A stretch of DNA of 64,000 bases from Thermodesulfobacteriota bacterium (lineage in GTDB: Bacteria > Desulfobacterota_D > UBA1144 > Nemesobacterales > Mycalebacteriaceae), in assembly GCA_965198945.1 (NCBI GenBank), contig CBDAQI010000001.1, positions 128,001 to 192,000 of the forward strand, in the 5' to 3' direction. The notes below the pieces were generated by a model. It made no database searches and had not been told where the DNA came from. It saw nothing but the letters and a program-made list of their open reading frames with translations. Position 1 is the first letter of the stretch; every line of letters begins with the position of its first letter. The translations under genes were made by a program, and so were the position numbers. Shown here piece by piece: positions 18,005-29,742 of this stretch.

Positions 18005-20650
18005 ATGGCTCTTGCTGAAAACAGGGAGGAGGAAACCGAACAGCTCAGGAAGTTTTATCTCAGTGGCTCAAAGAGGATAGAGAAAAAACACTATTCAACC
18101 GCCCCTCAAAACAGAATGACCGCAGGGGTGTGTCTTGCACGCGAAAGATCGGATTTGGTTGATTCATTTATAAAAAAAACCGCTTCGCACCGGGGCGGAA
18201 AGATTCCTGCCGGCGTTTCTCTTGTGGCTCTGGGGGGATACGGAAGAAGGGAGCTCTGCCCCTTTTCCGATATAGACCTGCTTGTCCTCTACAGACCCGG
18301 ACTCAGTCGGGTTGCCCGGCGGGTCGGAGAGGATGTTTTCTACCCGCTCTGGGATGTGAAACTTGACCTGGGGCACGCAGTCAGAACCGTGCGGGAATGC
18401 GCTGATCTTTGTGCCGAAGATTTTGTCACTCTAACTTCCCTTCTTGACGGCCGCTTCATTGCGGGAGACCGTGAGCAGTATGAAATTCTTCACAATACCA
18501 TCACACGGGAAGTCCTGCCTTCCTGCTCAGCCCGCTTCATTGAGAACAAACTTGAGGAGGTGGCAGAGCGCAGGAAAAAGTTCGGAAGCTCGGTTTGGAT
18601 GCTTGAGCCAAATGTGAAAGAGGCGGAAGGGGCGCAGAGAGACCTCAACACAATGCTCTGGATTTCCCAGGCCAAATACAAAATCAAAACTTTTGACGAT
18701 TTGCTCAATAGCGGGGTTATGAGCGAAAAAGAATTCCGTCTGGTTATGAAATGCATGAGTTTTCTTTTTCTCGTCCGTTCCCACCTTCACTACCTTGCGG
18801 GCAGAAGACATGACAAACTCAGTTTTGATTTTCAAAGCGATATGGCGAGGTTTTTCAAATATCAGGACTCTTCAATGAAAGCGGTTGAGAAGTTTATGAA
18901 AATCTACTATCTGCGCGCCGGTGTTGTTAGGGAACAGTTTCAGCGGATTGTTGAAATAGTTACGGAAAAACAATCAAGAAAAACCGGAAGATCCAAAATA
19001 CTCCACCTTGAGCACGGTTTTACAATCAGCGACGGGGTTTTGTCCGTTACCGGCAGAAACGTTTTTATGGAAAAACCCGCAAATTTGATAAGGGCATTTG
19101 AATACGCTGACAAATACGGGGCGGAAATGAGCAGGTATCTGAGAGGGCTTATAAGAGAGTATTCCACGCTTATTGATGAGGAGATGAGAAACAGCCCGGA
19201 TTTCAGCCGGATATTTATCGGGATTCTCAAAAACGGTAAAAACGTTTACAAAACCCTTTCTGATATGAACCGCCTGAGATTTCTCGCCCACTACATACCG
19301 GAGTTCGGCAGAGTCGTCTGCATGATGCAGCACAACGCCTACCATCTTTATACAGTGGACATCCATTCGCTTTTTCTCGTAAAAGAGGTGGAAGAGCTTT
19401 TCAAATATAAATATGAGACCGAGTTTCCCCTGCTTACAAAAGTCGCCGAGTTTGTAGTCAGCAGAGATGTTCTCTATCTTGCCTGTCTTTTTCACGATAT
19501 AGGGAAGGGAACCGCCGGCACATCGCATGAAATTGCCGGAAAGAAGATGGTGAAAAAAATAAACCGCCGGCTCAACCTTTCCCGCAGAGACTCGGCAGTG
19601 CTGGAATTTCTTGTTGAAAATCATCAGGTCATGTCGGACTTTTCTCAAAAACGCGACATCAACGACCCCGAGCTTGTCTCCACATTTGCCCGCTCAGTCG
19701 GGGATGAAGAGCGTCTTGCACTGCTCTACCTTCTTACTTTTGCGGACTTGAGGTCTGTCGGAGTTGATGTTTGGAACAACTGGAAGGCCATGCTGCTGAG
19801 GAAACTTTATTTTTCCTCTTCAAGGGTTTTTGAGTCGGGAGGCGTAGACCAGTCTTCTTCGGCCGCCGCGAGAAAAAAACTGGTCTGCAAAGAAATTTCC
19901 CGTCTGTCGGCAAACCGGATTACATCACGCGAAGCGGAGGAAATTATAAATAGAATGCCGGAGTCCTACTTATTCAACCACCTGCCGTCAGACATGGAGA
20001 AACACCTCAGACTTATCAAGTCCGCACGCGGGGGTGTTGTCACGGATGTAAACAGCCATGAAAAAGAGGGTTACGATGAATTTGTTTTCTGGGGAAAAGA
20101 CCGCAAAAAACTATTCCGCAATCTTTGCGGGGCTATCAGCGCGAACGGTTTGAACATCATGGGAGCCAGGACTGAGAATTCTTCATGCGGAAATGTTCTG
20201 GACATTCTTTATGTTAACAAGCTCGGCGAATCCGCAGCGGACAACCCCGAACTGTGGAGAAAACTTGAGGACGATATAAAAAAGGCTCTCGCCGGAAAAC
20301 TTGATCTGGAAGCCGTTTTGAAAAAGCGGACAAAACTCGCCTCTTCATACGCAAAAAGCCTCCCTTCAAGTCCCCCGAGGGTTGATTTTGACAACACTTC
20401 ATCAGACAGGGCGACCATTATAGAGGTTTTCGCAGATGACAAACCCGGGCTTCTCTACAAGATGGTAAGCGTCATTGACGACATGGGACTGCCAATAACA
20501 TATGCGAAAGTCTCAACAAGGGCGGGGCAGGCCTTTGATGTTTTTTATGTTACGGGCCGGGGTGGACGCAAGGTGGAAAATCCCGATATTCTTGAGAAGA
20601 TTGAAAAAGCGCTGCTGAATGCCTTAAGGCCCGAATCTGCGGAATTTTGA
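18005..20650 (+). CDS. glnD: [Protein-PII] uridylyltransferase
   Basis: ALGGYGRRELCPFSDIDLL, EPNVKE..G..RD, YHLYTVDIH, HDIGKG, WNNWK, C-terminal ACT domains. Confidence 0.96.
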   Translation: MALAENREEETEQLRKFYLSGSKRIEKKHYSTAPQNRMTAGVCLARERSDLVDSFIKKTASHRGGKIPAGVSLVALGGYGRRELCPFSDIDLLVLYRPGLSRVARRVGEDVFYPLWDVKLDLGHAVRTVRECADLCAEDFVTLTSLLDGRFIAGDREQYEILHNTITREVLPSCSARFIENKLEEVAERRKKFGSSVWMLEPNVKEAEGAQRDLNTMLWISQAKYKIKTFDDLLNSGVMSEKEFRLVMKCMSFLFLVRSHLHYLAGRRHDKLSFDFQSDMARFFKYQDSSMKAVEKFMKIYYLRAGVVREQFQRIVEIVTEKQSRKTGRSKILHLEHGFTISDGVLSVTGRNVFMEKPANLIRAFEYADKYGAEMSRYLRGLIREYSTLIDEEMRNSPDFSRIFIGILKNGKNVYKTLSDMNRLRFLAHYIPEFGRVVCMMQHNAYHLYTVDIHSLFLVKEVEELFKYKYETEFPLLTKVAEFVVSRDVLYLACLFHDIGKGTAGTSHEIAGKKMVKKINRRLNLSRRDSAVLEFLVENHQVMSDFSQKRDINDPELVSTFARSVGDEERLALLYLLTFADLRSVGVDVWNNWKAMLLRKLYFSSSRVFESGGVDQSSSAAARKKLVCKEISRLSANRITSREAEEIINRMPESYLFNHLPSDMEKHLRLIKSARGGVVTDVNSHEKEGYDEFVFWGKDRKKLFRNLCGAISANGLNIMGARTENSSCGNVLDILYVNKLGESAADNPELWRKLEDDIKKALAGKLDLEAVLKKRTKLASSYAKSLPSSPPRVDFDNTSSDRATIIEVFADDKPGLLYKMVSVIDDMGLPITYAKVSTRAGQAFDVFYVTGRGGRKVENPDILEKIEKALLNALRPESAEF

Positions 20651-20669
20651 TCTTCACGGACACTGAATT

Positions 20670-22256
20670 TTGAAGAAAAATATTCTGCAAACGGACATTC
20701 TCGTAATAGGCGGAGGCCTTGCTGGTCTCTACGCCGCTTTTTGCGCCGCCTCATCCGGTTCAAAAGTGGCGGTTGTAACTCAGACAACCCTGAAAGAAAG
20801 CAATTCATACTGGGCGCAGGGCGGAATTGCGGCGGCCATTGACTCTGAAGATTCAACTCTTTTACACAAGGACGACACCCTGAAGGCGGGATGCGGACTT
20901 TGCGTTGAGGAAGCGGTTGAGGTTCTCGTCTGCGAAGGCAGGGAAAGGGTGATTGAAATGGCCGGGTTCGGAATGGAATTTGACTCGGGCGACCGCGGTT
21001 TTGAGCTCGGTCTTGAGGGTGGCCATTCAAAGCGGCGTGTTCTTCATGCGGGAGGAGCGGCAACTGGGAAAAGGATGATTGAGTTTCTCATATCTTCCGT
21101 TGAAAAATCGCGCGGGGTCAACCTTATTGAACGAACCGGGGTGGAGAGCCTTATTTCCTCCGGAGGCAGGTGTTTCGGAGCGTGGACGGCTTCCTCCTCG
21201 GGTGAGCGGACAGCCGTGCTCGCCCGTTCAACGATCCTTGCCACGGGCGGAGCCGCCGCTCTTTTCGGCAGAACGACAAATCCCAGCGGTGCGCGGGGTG
21301 ACGGAATACAAATGGCTTACGAAGCCGGAGCGGAGATAATGGACATGGAATTTGTGCAGTTCCACCCGACCGCTTTTTATTCACAGTCCGGAGAGAGTTT
21401 TCTCATATCCGAAGCGCTAAGAGGAGAGGGCGGCCGTCTTGCGGATGCGAAGGGTGAAATGTTTATGAGTCAGTATCATCCTCTCGGTGATCTTGCTCCG
21501 AGAGATGTGGTTTCAAGAGCCATACATTCGCAGATAAGCGGCGGCGGCAGTGATTTTGTGTATCTTGATGTTACGGGAGTCAGCCACGATATTCTCAAGA
21601 AAAGGTTTGCAGACATCTACCGCCGATGTCTTGAAAACGGTATTGACTGTGAGACTTCTCCCATTCCGGTCGCCCCCGCGGCGCACTACACAATAGGCGG
21701 TGTGAGAACGGGACTCCGCGGTGAGACCAGTCTTGAGGGTCTATACTGTTGCGGCGAGACCGCTTGCCTCGGAGTTCACGGCGCAAACCGGCTGGCTAGC
21801 AATTCTCTGCTTGAGTGTCTTGTTTTTTCAAAAAGATCCGCGGGCGGAGCGGTGGAAAATCTTCAAAGCCGGACTTTCCCGTCCGATTTTCCGGACTGCC
21901 CACCGCGGCGCTCGGGAGACGGAGACCGCTCAAGATATGAGCGGCTCAAGGGGTTGCTTTTGTCCGGGGCGGACTTGAAGCTTGGCATAGTCAGGGACGC
22001 GGAAAAAATGAAAAGTTTCATAACCGACCTTGAAAAAGTGCGCCTTGAGGCGGAGGATATGGGCGGACGGTATGGCGCAAGACTCTTTTCCATGGCCGCC
22101 GTTTGTCATATGATGTCACGCGCGGCTCTTGCGAGAAAGGAAACAAGGGGGGTGCATATAAGGGAGGATTTTCCCGATGCCGACCCCGACCTTTGCAGGC
22201 ACAGTATTATCAGCAAAGAGGCGGGCGATGTTGAATTCCGCCGGAGGGAGTTATGA
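20670..22256 (+). CDS. nadB: L-aspartate oxidase
   Basis: GGGLAGL, WAQGGIAA, EGGHSKRRVLH, QFHPT, LAPRDVV, GVHGANRLASNSLLE. Confidence 0.96.
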   Translation: MKKNILQTDILVIGGGLAGLYAAFCAASSGSKVAVVTQTTLKESNSYWAQGGIAAAIDSEDSTLLHKDDTLKAGCGLCVEEAVEVLVCEGRERVIEMAGFGMEFDSGDRGFELGLEGGHSKRRVLHAGGAATGKRMIEFLISSVEKSRGVNLIERTGVESLISSGGRCFGAWTASSSGERTAVLARSTILATGGAAALFGRTTNPSGARGDGIQMAYEAGAEIMDMEFVQFHPTAFYSQSGESFLISEALRGEGGRLADAKGEMFMSQYHPLGDLAPRDVVSRAIHSQISGGGSDFVYLDVTGVSHDILKKRFADIYRRCLENGIDCETSPIPVAPAAHYTIGGVRTGLRGETSLEGLYCCGETACLGVHGANRLASNSLLECLVFSKRSAGGAVENLQSRTFPSDFPDCPPRRSGDGDRSRYERLKGLLLSGADLKLGIVRDAEKMKSFITDLEKVRLEAEDMGGRYGARLFSMAAVCHMMSRAALARKETRGVHIREDFPDADPDLCRHSIISKEAGDVEFRRREL

Positions 22257-23128
22257 AAACGGTTAGAAAACCTCCGGTTCTTGACTGGGGCAAAGTTGAC
22301 AGACTGATAGAAGCGGCGGTTGATGAGGACGTTCGCGGCGGTGATGTTACGACCGAGCTGCTTTTTGAGAAGGATGTTTCCTGCAGAGCGGTTGTGAGGT
22401 CGAAGCAGCGCGGGATTCTCGCCGGAGTTGAAGTTGCCAGAATGGTTTTTGAAAAACTTGACAAAAACCTTGTATGGGAAAGCGGCGGGAAAGACGGCGA
22501 TGAGGTTTGCGAGGGTACGGACATTGTTTCCATTTCCGGCTCACAGAGACACATCCTCACCGGAGAAAGACTCGCGCTCAACATACTTCAGCGTCTCAGT
22601 GGAATAGCAACCTTCACGGCCAAATTTGTTGACGCCGTGAGGGGGACGGGCGTCAAAATTGTTGATACGCGCAAAACGGCGCCCGGTCTCAGAGAGCTTG
22701 AAAAATACGCCGTCCGCATGGGCGGCGGCGACAACCACAGATTCGGTCTTTATGACGGAATTCTCATCAAAGACAACCACATAAAACTCGCGGGCGGAGT
22801 TAGGCCCGCAGTTGACAGAGTAAAGAGCAGAATTGCGGAATCTTCCGAGAACTATGCCCGTTTCCCGATAGAGGTTGAGGCCAAGCAGATGTCACAGGTT
22901 GCCGAGGCGATTGAGGCCGGGGCAGACCTTGTTATGCTTGACAATATGAGCATAGAGCAGATGAAAAAAGCGGTGCTTATTGTGGACGGAAAAATCAGAG
23001 TTGAGGCGTCCGGAGGGGTTACTCTTGAAAGAGTCAGAGAAGTTGCCTCCACGGGAGTGGACATAATTTCTGTCGGGGCGCTCACTCATTCCGCGCCCGC
23101 TCTGGACATAAGTCTTGATATGTTATGA
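22253..23128 (+). CDS. nadC: Nicotinate-nucleotide diphosphorylase (carboxylating)
   Basis: GDVTT, DTRKT.PG, NHRFGL.D.ILIKDNH, LDNM, EASGG. Confidence 0.97.
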   Translation: MKTVRKPPVLDWGKVDRLIEAAVDEDVRGGDVTTELLFEKDVSCRAVVRSKQRGILAGVEVARMVFEKLDKNLVWESGGKDGDEVCEGTDIVSISGSQRHILTGERLALNILQRLSGIATFTAKFVDAVRGTGVKIVDTRKTAPGLRELEKYAVRMGGGDNHRFGLYDGILIKDNHIKLAGGVRPAVDRVKSRIAESSENYARFPIEVEAKQMSQVAEAIEAGADLVMLDNMSIEQMKKAVLIVDGKIRVEASGGVTLERVREVASTGVDIISVGALTHSAPALDISLDML

Positions 23129-23172
23129 GGCTCCGGCGCTTACGGTATGCTATAATTTAAGACGGGGTTTAT

Positions 23173-24129
23173 ATGAAAGACGGAAGCCGTGAGACAGCGG
23201 AGCGGGTGAAAGAGCTCAAACATGAGAAAAACGCCGTCATCCTTGCTCACAACTACCAGATTCCGGAGGTTCAGGACATTGCCGATTATGTGGGTGATTC
23301 TCTGGGACTTTCCCGGATTGCCGGACGCACGGACGCCGATATTATAGTTTTCTGCGGCGTCCACTTTATGGCTGAGACCGCGAGCATAATCTCTCCCGAC
23401 AAAAAAGTTCTTATTCCGGACGAGGGCGCCGGTTGTTCTCTCTCAGACACAATCAATCTTGAGCAGCTGATGGATTGGAAGACCGAGCATCCGGAGGCGG
23501 TTGTTGTTTCATATGTGAACACCTCGGCCGCGGTCAAAAGCGAAAGTGATTACTGTGTTACTTCATCAAATGCGGTCAGCGTCGTCCGGTCCATTCCGCC
23601 GGACAGGAAAATTCTGTTTCTGCCCGATATTTTTCTCGGCTCATATGTGTCAAAGGTTACCGGAAGAGAGATGGAAATATGGCCCGGCGAATGCCATGTT
23701 CACGCGGGCATCAAGACCGGAGACATAAAACGTTTGAAGCGCGAGCATCCGCGCGCCGAGGTTGTCGTGCACCCTGAATGCGGATGCACCACCCACTATC
23801 TCTACGACAGGGCTTCCGGGTCAAAAAAATACGGCGCGGATGTGGAGTTCCTTTCCACCTCGGGGATGACCGAGCGCGTCCGGAAAGGGGGAGATGAGTT
23901 TATAGTCGCAACTGAAACCGGCATCCTTCACAAACTCCGCAAAGACAATCCGGGCAAAAAGTTTTTCCCGGCGAGTGAAAAAGCCGTCTGTGAGTATATG
24001 AAAATGATAACCCTTGAAAAGGTTCTGCACTCGCTTACTGAGGAGATATATGAAGTTAAAGTTCCAGAAGATCTCGCTCGCAGGGCGAAAAAACCCATAG
24101 ACAGAATGCTTGCGGTCTCCGGGCACTGA
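23173..24129 (+). CDS. nadA: Quinolinate synthase
   Basis: ILAHNYQ, FCGVHFMAETA, AGCSL, YVNT, ECHVH, HPEC, CEYMK. Confidence 0.97.
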   Translation: MKDGSRETAERVKELKHEKNAVILAHNYQIPEVQDIADYVGDSLGLSRIAGRTDADIIVFCGVHFMAETASIISPDKKVLIPDEGAGCSLSDTINLEQLMDWKTEHPEAVVVSYVNTSAAVKSESDYCVTSSNAVSVVRSIPPDRKILFLPDIFLGSYVSKVTGREMEIWPGECHVHAGIKTGDIKRLKREHPRAEVVVHPECGCTTHYLYDRASGSKKYGADVEFLSTSGMTERVRKGGDEFIVATETGILHKLRKDNPGKKFFPASEKAVCEYMKMITLEKVLHSLTEEIYEVKVPEDLARRAKKPIDRMLAVSGH

Positions 24130-24177
24130 TGAACATAAGGATAGGAGTTTTTTCTTTGCAACCCCTGCGGTTTCGGC

Positions 24178-24678
24178 TTATTCAGCCAACTCTCTCGTTC
24201 CGATTTCCCTGTCAAGCATCAGTATCGCGGCGTTGTTGTCTCCGGCAAGTTTCAGACTGTCAATTATGTCCATCGCGGTCTTTTCTTCCTCAACCTGTTC
24301 TTCTATGAACCACTCAAGCATTACGGCGCTTGCATGGTCTTTTTCCGCAACCGCTTTATCATGGAGTTTGTTAATCAAATCAGTTACCAGACGCTCATGC
24401 TTGAGAACCTGCTCGAACATCTGCAAAAGTTTGCCGAAACTGTGCTTCGGCTGTTCTATTGCTTTCAGTTCCACGCGGCCGTCCCTGTCAAGCACGAAAT
24501 CAAAAATTTTCATGGCATGTGTGGCTTCTTCCTCGCTCTGTTTTCTCAGCCACTTGCCGAAACCGGGCAGGCCGTTTGCTTCACAGTCCGCCGCCATTGA
24601 AAGATAAATATATGAAGAAAAAAGCTCAGCATTGATTTGCCCGTTCAGCGCATCCTGAATTTTTTTGCTTATTTTCAT
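24178..24678 (-). CDS. ftnA: Non-heme ferritin
   Basis: LNGQINAELFSSYIYLSMA, EE..HA, HE..VT..I, LEWFIEEQVEEE. Confidence 0.93.
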   Translation of the reverse strand: MKISKKIQDALNGQINAELFSSYIYLSMAADCEANGLPGFGKWLRKQSEEEATHAMKIFDFVLDRDGRVELKAIEQPKHSFGKLLQMFEQVLKHERLVTDLINKLHDKAVAEKDHASAVMLEWFIEEQVEEEKTAMDIIDSLKLAGDNNAAILMLDREIGTRELAE

Positions 24679-24763
24679 TTTTGCTTCCCCTTATTCAAAA
24701 CTAACGGCAAGTATAAGACTTGTTTGGTATATTTCAACAGCTTCACCGGTTTTTCCGGAGTTA

Positions 24764-24786
24764 AATATTGATATTGAGTTTTTTAA
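24764..24786. promoter_or_regulatory. Possible Fur-type box between ferritin and lon
   Basis: AATATTGATATTGAGTTTTTAAT in the AT-rich divergent intergenic region upstream of ferritin; only a partial match to Fur-box consensus. Confidence 0.25.
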
Positions 24787-24902
24787 TTTGATTTATATCC
24801 GTTGATATATGTTTATTTGTGTTTATATAATCTACTGATGACCTGTCATATAGGGTGTTTTCAAGAGGCTTTTGCCGTAAAAACACCCGGGGAGAATGAA
24901 AA

Positions 24903-27323
24903 ATGTCACCGGATAAGAACTTGAAAGAAATTCCCATGCTTCCGCTGAGGGATGTTGTCATGTTCCCATACATGGTTGCGCCTCTGTTTGTTGGAAGGTC
25001 GCGCTCAATAAAAGCCATTGAAGAAGCGGAAAAAACCACCAAGGAAATATTTCTCTGCACCCAGGTTGACCCGAGCGAGAACGAGCCCAAACAGGACGAT
25101 ATTTATTCAACCGGAGTTGTGGGAATCGTAACACAGATGCTGCGCCTTCCCGACGGAACCGTGAAAGTTCTTGTGGAAGGTAAAAAAAGGGGACGGATAG
25201 AAGACTATGTTGAAACTTCCGATTTCTACAGAGTGAGGGTTTCCGTTATTGATGAGCCGGACGAATCTGAAAGCGTTGAGGGAGACGCGCTCAGGAGGTC
25301 CGTTCTCAAGGCTTTTGAGGGCTACATAAAACTGAACAGAAAAATACCGGCTGAGGTTTTCTCAACAGTTTCAGTCATTGAAGACACGGGACGTCTTTCC
25401 GACACGGTGGCGTCGCATTTGAACCTGAAAATTGCCGACAAGCAGGATTTGCTTGAAACGGCGAGTCCTGAGGAAAGAATGAAAAAACTGCATGGAAAGA
25501 TGCAGGAAGAGGTGGAAATTCTTGAGATAGAGAAAAGAATCGGCAGAAGAGTACGCCGGCAAATGGAAAAGTCTCAGAGAGAATACTATTTGACTGAGCA
25601 GATGAAAGCCATTCAGAAAGAACTTGGTGAAAAAGACGACATGAAGTCGGACGCTCAGGAGATTGAGGCGAAACTCAAAGACAAAGGCCTCCCCAAGGAA
25701 GTTGAAGAGAGGGTTCAAAAAGAGCTTAAAAAACTCAAAATGATGCAGCCGATGTCCGCTGAGGCAACCGTTGTAAGAAACTATATTGACTGGATAATGG
25801 ACCTGCCTTGGACAAAAGAACACACAAAAGACAGGCTTGATATAAAAGAGGCACATAAAATACTTGATCAAGACCACTACGGCCTGAAAGACCCGAAAGA
25901 CAGAATCCTTGAATATCTGGCCGTTCGCTCGCTCACAGAAAAGCTTCGCGGCCCCATACTCTGTTTCGCCGGGCCTCCGGGAGTCGGGAAAACCTCGCTT
26001 GCCAAGTCAATAGCGAGTTCAATGGGCAGGAAGTTCGTCAGAGTTTCTCTCGGCGGAGTCAGAGATGAGTCCGAGATACGCGGGCACAGAAGGACGTATA
26101 TCGGCGCGCTTCCCGGCAAAATTATCCAGGGCATGAAAAAAGCCGGAACGAACAACCCGGTATTTCTTCTTGACGAGATAGACAAACTCGGAATGGACTT
26201 CAGGGGCGACCCCGCTTCGGCTCTTCTTGAGTGTCTTGACCCTGAGCAGAATTCACATTTCAACGACCATTACATAGAAGCCGATTATGATCTTTCCAAA
26301 GTTCTGTTTATTGCAACTGCAAACATAATTCACACAATACCGTGGGCTCTTCAGGACAGGATGGAAATAATACGCATTCCGGGTTACACCCAAGATGAAA
26401 AACTCCGCATAGCAAAAGAGTTTCTGCTTGGGAAACAGACAAAAGAGCACGGTCTTTCAGATGATCTTGTGTCGGTTGCGGACAGTGCGCTTCTTGAGCT
26501 TATAAGGCGTTACACAAAAGAAGCGGGGGTGCGGACTCTTGAGCGCCAGATTGCAAAGCTCTGCAGAAAAGTTGCAAGGAAGGTCGCCGAAGCGGGAAAG
26601 GGGAAATCCGCCTCAAAGGTAAGAATAACCGCGAAAAATCTGGGCGGCTATCTGGGAGTTCCCAAGTTCAAGCACGGAGAGATAGAAAAAGACAACCAGA
26701 TAGGAGCCGTAAAGGGGCTTGCGTGGACGGAGGTCGGCGGCGAGCTGCTTACCATAGAGGTTGTAATAGTGCCCGGAAAAGGCGGTTTTACGGTTACGGG
26801 TGTCAAACCGGAAGGGGAAAACGTGATGAAGGAATCAGCGCGTGCGGCGATGAGTTATGTGCGTTCGCGCGGAGCCCAGCTGGGTTTTGAAAGGGATTTC
26901 TACCAGATGGTTGACATACATATCCATGCTCCGGAGGGCGCGACTCCCAAAGACGGTCCGTCTGCGGGAATAGCAATTGTCACCGCGATTGTGTCCGCGC
27001 TTGTAAAAAAACCTGTCAAGCGCGACATTGCCATGACGGGAGAAATAACGCTTCGCGGTCAGGTGCTTCCGATAGGGGGCCTCAAAGAGAAGATTCTTGC
27101 CGCACAGCGCGGAAAGGTTAAAACTGTGATTCTTCCCATGGAAAATGAGAAAGATATTGAAGAAGTTCCCGCGGAAGTTAAAAAGGGTGTCGAGATAAAG
27201 TTCGTGGAGCATATGGATGAGGTTCTGCAAGAGGCTATTATCTCGGAAACTCCGTTGTTGAAAAGTTTTGTTCTTTCTTCTCCGGGAGCAGGGATTGAAG
27301 TTTCTGAGACAAAGATAAATTGA
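24903..27323 (+). CDS. lon: ATP-dependent Lon protease
   Basis: [50 protein letters not shown]. Confidence 0.98.
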   Translation: MSPDKNLKEIPMLPLRDVVMFPYMVAPLFVGRSRSIKAIEEAEKTTKEIFLCTQVDPSENEPKQDDIYSTGVVGIVTQMLRLPDGTVKVLVEGKKRGRIEDYVETSDFYRVRVSVIDEPDESESVEGDALRRSVLKAFEGYIKLNRKIPAEVFSTVSVIEDTGRLSDTVASHLNLKIADKQDLLETASPEERMKKLHGKMQEEVEILEIEKRIGRRVRRQMEKSQREYYLTEQMKAIQKELGEKDDMKSDAQEIEAKLKDKGLPKEVEERVQKELKKLKMMQPMSAEATVVRNYIDWIMDLPWTKEHTKDRLDIKEAHKILDQDHYGLKDPKDRILEYLAVRSLTEKLRGPILCFAGPPGVGKTSLAKSIASSMGRKFVRVSLGGVRDESEIRGHRRTYIGALPGKIIQGMKKAGTNNPVFLLDEIDKLGMDFRGDPASALLECLDPEQNSHFNDHYIEADYDLSKVLFIATANIIHTIPWALQDRMEIIRIPGYTQDEKLRIAKEFLLGKQTKEHGLSDDLVSVADSALLELIRRYTKEAGVRTLERQIAKLCRKVARKVAEAGKGKSASKVRITAKNLGGYLGVPKFKHGEIEKDNQIGAVKGLAWTEVGGELLTIEVVIVPGKGGFTVTGVKPEGENVMKESARAAMSYVRSRGAQLGFERDFYQMVDIHIHAPEGATPKDGPSAGIAIVTAIVSALVKKPVKRDIAMTGEITLRGQVLPIGGLKEKILAAQRGKVKTVILPMENEKDIEEVPAEVKKGVEIKFVEHMDEVLQEAIISETPLLKSFVLSSPGAGIEVSETKIN

Positions 27324-27426
27324 TAAGGAACTTGATTTTTCACTTTTTTAATAATTATAATGGTTTTGGTGGGTTGAGTAGTCCAGTTGTAAGAGCGTGG
27401 TGGGCGACAGCCAGGAGTTGAACAAG

Positions 27427-29050
27427 ATGCATTTTTTCAGGTCTACATTTGTATCTTTGTGTTTATTTTTTCTATCATCAGTTTCTTCATTTGGTTCCGT
27501 TTCTGTATCTGTTTTAGAGGGTTCCGCGCCTTCTCTTCCTGATTTGAGTTATGAGTCTTCTTTTCTTGACAGTATGAAGATTTCCCCTTCCGATGCCGGT
27601 GTTATTGCGGGCGGTCTTGACGGCGGTGATTTGGGTGAGAGTGTGAAGGGTCTTCTGGGAGTTCGTCTTCAGGCTGCCGCGGATGCGTTTGTGGATTCAC
27701 AGACGGGCATGATAGAAGACAGGTTTGAGCGTTCCGCGCTGGTGTCTTCTCTGCACCTTGAGTGGAAGAGTCCGCTTGCGGGGCGGAAGCATTTTTTTCA
27801 ATTTGACACTGTGATAGCGCCGATTGATTCCGAGCATTGGACGTTTATGGTTCAGAGCGGCGCACAGTTGAGGGATGTGAAGCCCGCTTTTTACGGTGGG
27901 GGTGTGCTGCGTGCTAATTTTTGAGGGGTGGTTTGTGCCGGGGGTGAATTTTTTCTACGACTATCTGGATGACCTTGGCAAGCATCACCGTTTTTCATGG
28001 GGCGGTGAGATTAAGACGAGGTATCTGGATTTTTATGCGAACAGGTATTGGAGTGTGGGCAAGAAGCGTGGTAATTACCTGCCCGCGTCTGCGGACATGC
28101 GGAGGCAGTATGTGTTCAGTCCTGACGGATGGGACACGGGAGTTGTGGCACAGTTTGATTATGTTCCTTGGTTTGATGTTGAGGCGAGGTATTACAGGTG
28201 GAAGATACCCGTTCGTGAGGGGGATCTTGTGGACACGGTGGGCAATGGTGGAGATTTGGAGGGAGTTTTATTTCGTTTTGGTTTGAGTCCGTTTCCTTTG
28301 CTGAAGTTCAATGTGAGGTATGACCGTCCTGACCGTCGTCAGGCTGAAGATTGGGGAGTGGGCGTGAGTTTGAATTATGATACGTCAAAGACTTTGTTGG
28401 AGCATGTAACGCTTTACCGTTTTGGAGGTGAGAGTGCTTCCCCTTGGTCTCGTCGTCATGAGCGTGTGAGGCGAGAGTATGAGCAGAGGATACAGAGCCT
28501 TGAAGACTTCGGAAAAATTAACATCGCAAGACTGCTTACTCCGGGTGAAAACCTGACAGCCGTTAATATTACTGGATGGTGGCCTACTGAACTAAGTGAA
28601 TCTGAACACTTGGCCAATATAATAGACGGACTAAAAAGAACCACCGGTAATTGCCGACCACCTGCTGGTGAAGATAATTGCGATAACCAAATTATTCCAA
28701 ATACTTCTAATGGTCAACCGACGGCAATCATCTTTGACTGGTCTTCTATAGGAACTTATCATCAGGGAGAATTTTTGTTTTATAACCGGACAAAACCGCC
28801 TCCCAACTTCCGCCAACTCATAAATGGCTCAACAGTAGAGTTTTTTCTTGACAATACCAAAGTTGCAGAATCTACGCTGGCACAAGGCGGAGAAAATACA
28901 ATTTTAAGTGTAACACCGAATCCGGAAGTGCGTTTTAACAAGATAGTGTTGACTTTTTCTGGAGCCCTGCAGAGCTTCCGTGAGATTGAAGTATTAGCGA
29001 CGCCTGTTCTGGCTGCGCCTCCTCCGCCCGATACGGTTGACGGAGTTTGA
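27427..29050 (+). CDS. Inverse autotransporter (intimin/invasin-type beta domain) with C-terminal passenger; 1-nt frameshift at ~27917-27921
   Basis: Signal-like N-terminus; G.NFFYDY, HHRFSWGGE, DFYANRY, DGWD, GVSLNY and R.ERVRREY fit the IAT beta barrel; ORFs 27397-27924 and 27896-29050 join if one T is removed from a T5 run. Confidence 0.7.
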
Positions 29051-29322
29051 GAAAAAACGCAGAGAGTTTTTTGTCTCTCTTGAAAGAGAGCGTTTCTTGA
29101 GGTCTAATTAAAAATCTTAGTTGTTAGATTAATGTTTTTATGAAAAAGGATGGAGAACACAGTCAAGGTCTATCGGTCTGATTGTCGGCAATGCCGGGGA
29201 TTTGTAAATACTGAATTTTCGGTCTTGATTATTTCCAAACGGGGTATACAATATGGCGCGGTTTAAGTGGCAGATGTGTATCAGCATTAGTCTGCAAATT
29301 AAAAAACCTTACGGGAGTTTAC

Positions 29323-29583
29323 ATGAATATCTATGTGGGCAATTTGCCTTACAGCACAACCGAAGATGAGTTGAGAGAACTTTTTTCTCAGCACGGTTCT
29401 GTCGTAAGCGTAAATATTATCAAAGACAGGGAAACCGGAAATTCAAAAGGATTCGGTTTCGTGGAAATGGCTGAACAGGCGGAAGCCGAAAAAGCCATAA
29501 GCGAGCTTAATGATGCAACTCTTAATCAGAGAAATCTGAAAGTAAATCAGGCACGCCCAAAAGGCGACAACTACAGACGCTGA
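29323..29583 (+). CDS. RNA-binding protein (single RRM)
   Basis: RNP2 IYVGNL and RNP1 KGFGFVEM, LKVNQARP. Confidence 0.96.
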   Translation: MNIYVGNLPYSTTEDELRELFSQHGSVVSVNIIKDRETGNSKGFGFVEMAEQAEAEKAISELNDATLNQRNLKVNQARPKGDNYRR

Positions 29584-29598
29584 AATCTGCATAAAAAA

Positions 29599-29657
29599 CG
29601 GGAAACCCATTTGCGCAAAGCCCGCCTGACGGTTGGCTTTGCGGGGTGCTTCCCCGT
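29599..29657 (+). terminator. Stem-loop after the RRM gene (possible terminator)
   Basis: CGCAAAGCC (29614-29622) pairs with GGCTTTGCG (29635-29643), with an outer CGGGAA/TTCCCCG stem; poor U tract. Confidence 0.35.
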
Positions 29658-29742
29658 TGTATTTGAGAAAACAGTTTTTATATTGTGGCTTCCGGACCTC
29701 GGTTCGGTTAGTATTGTTGTGCAATACGGATCATCAGCGTTT

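Noticed and set aside
24761..25090. 109-aa minus-strand ORF
   Set aside because: Antisense to the lon 5' end and runs into an AT-rich promoter region
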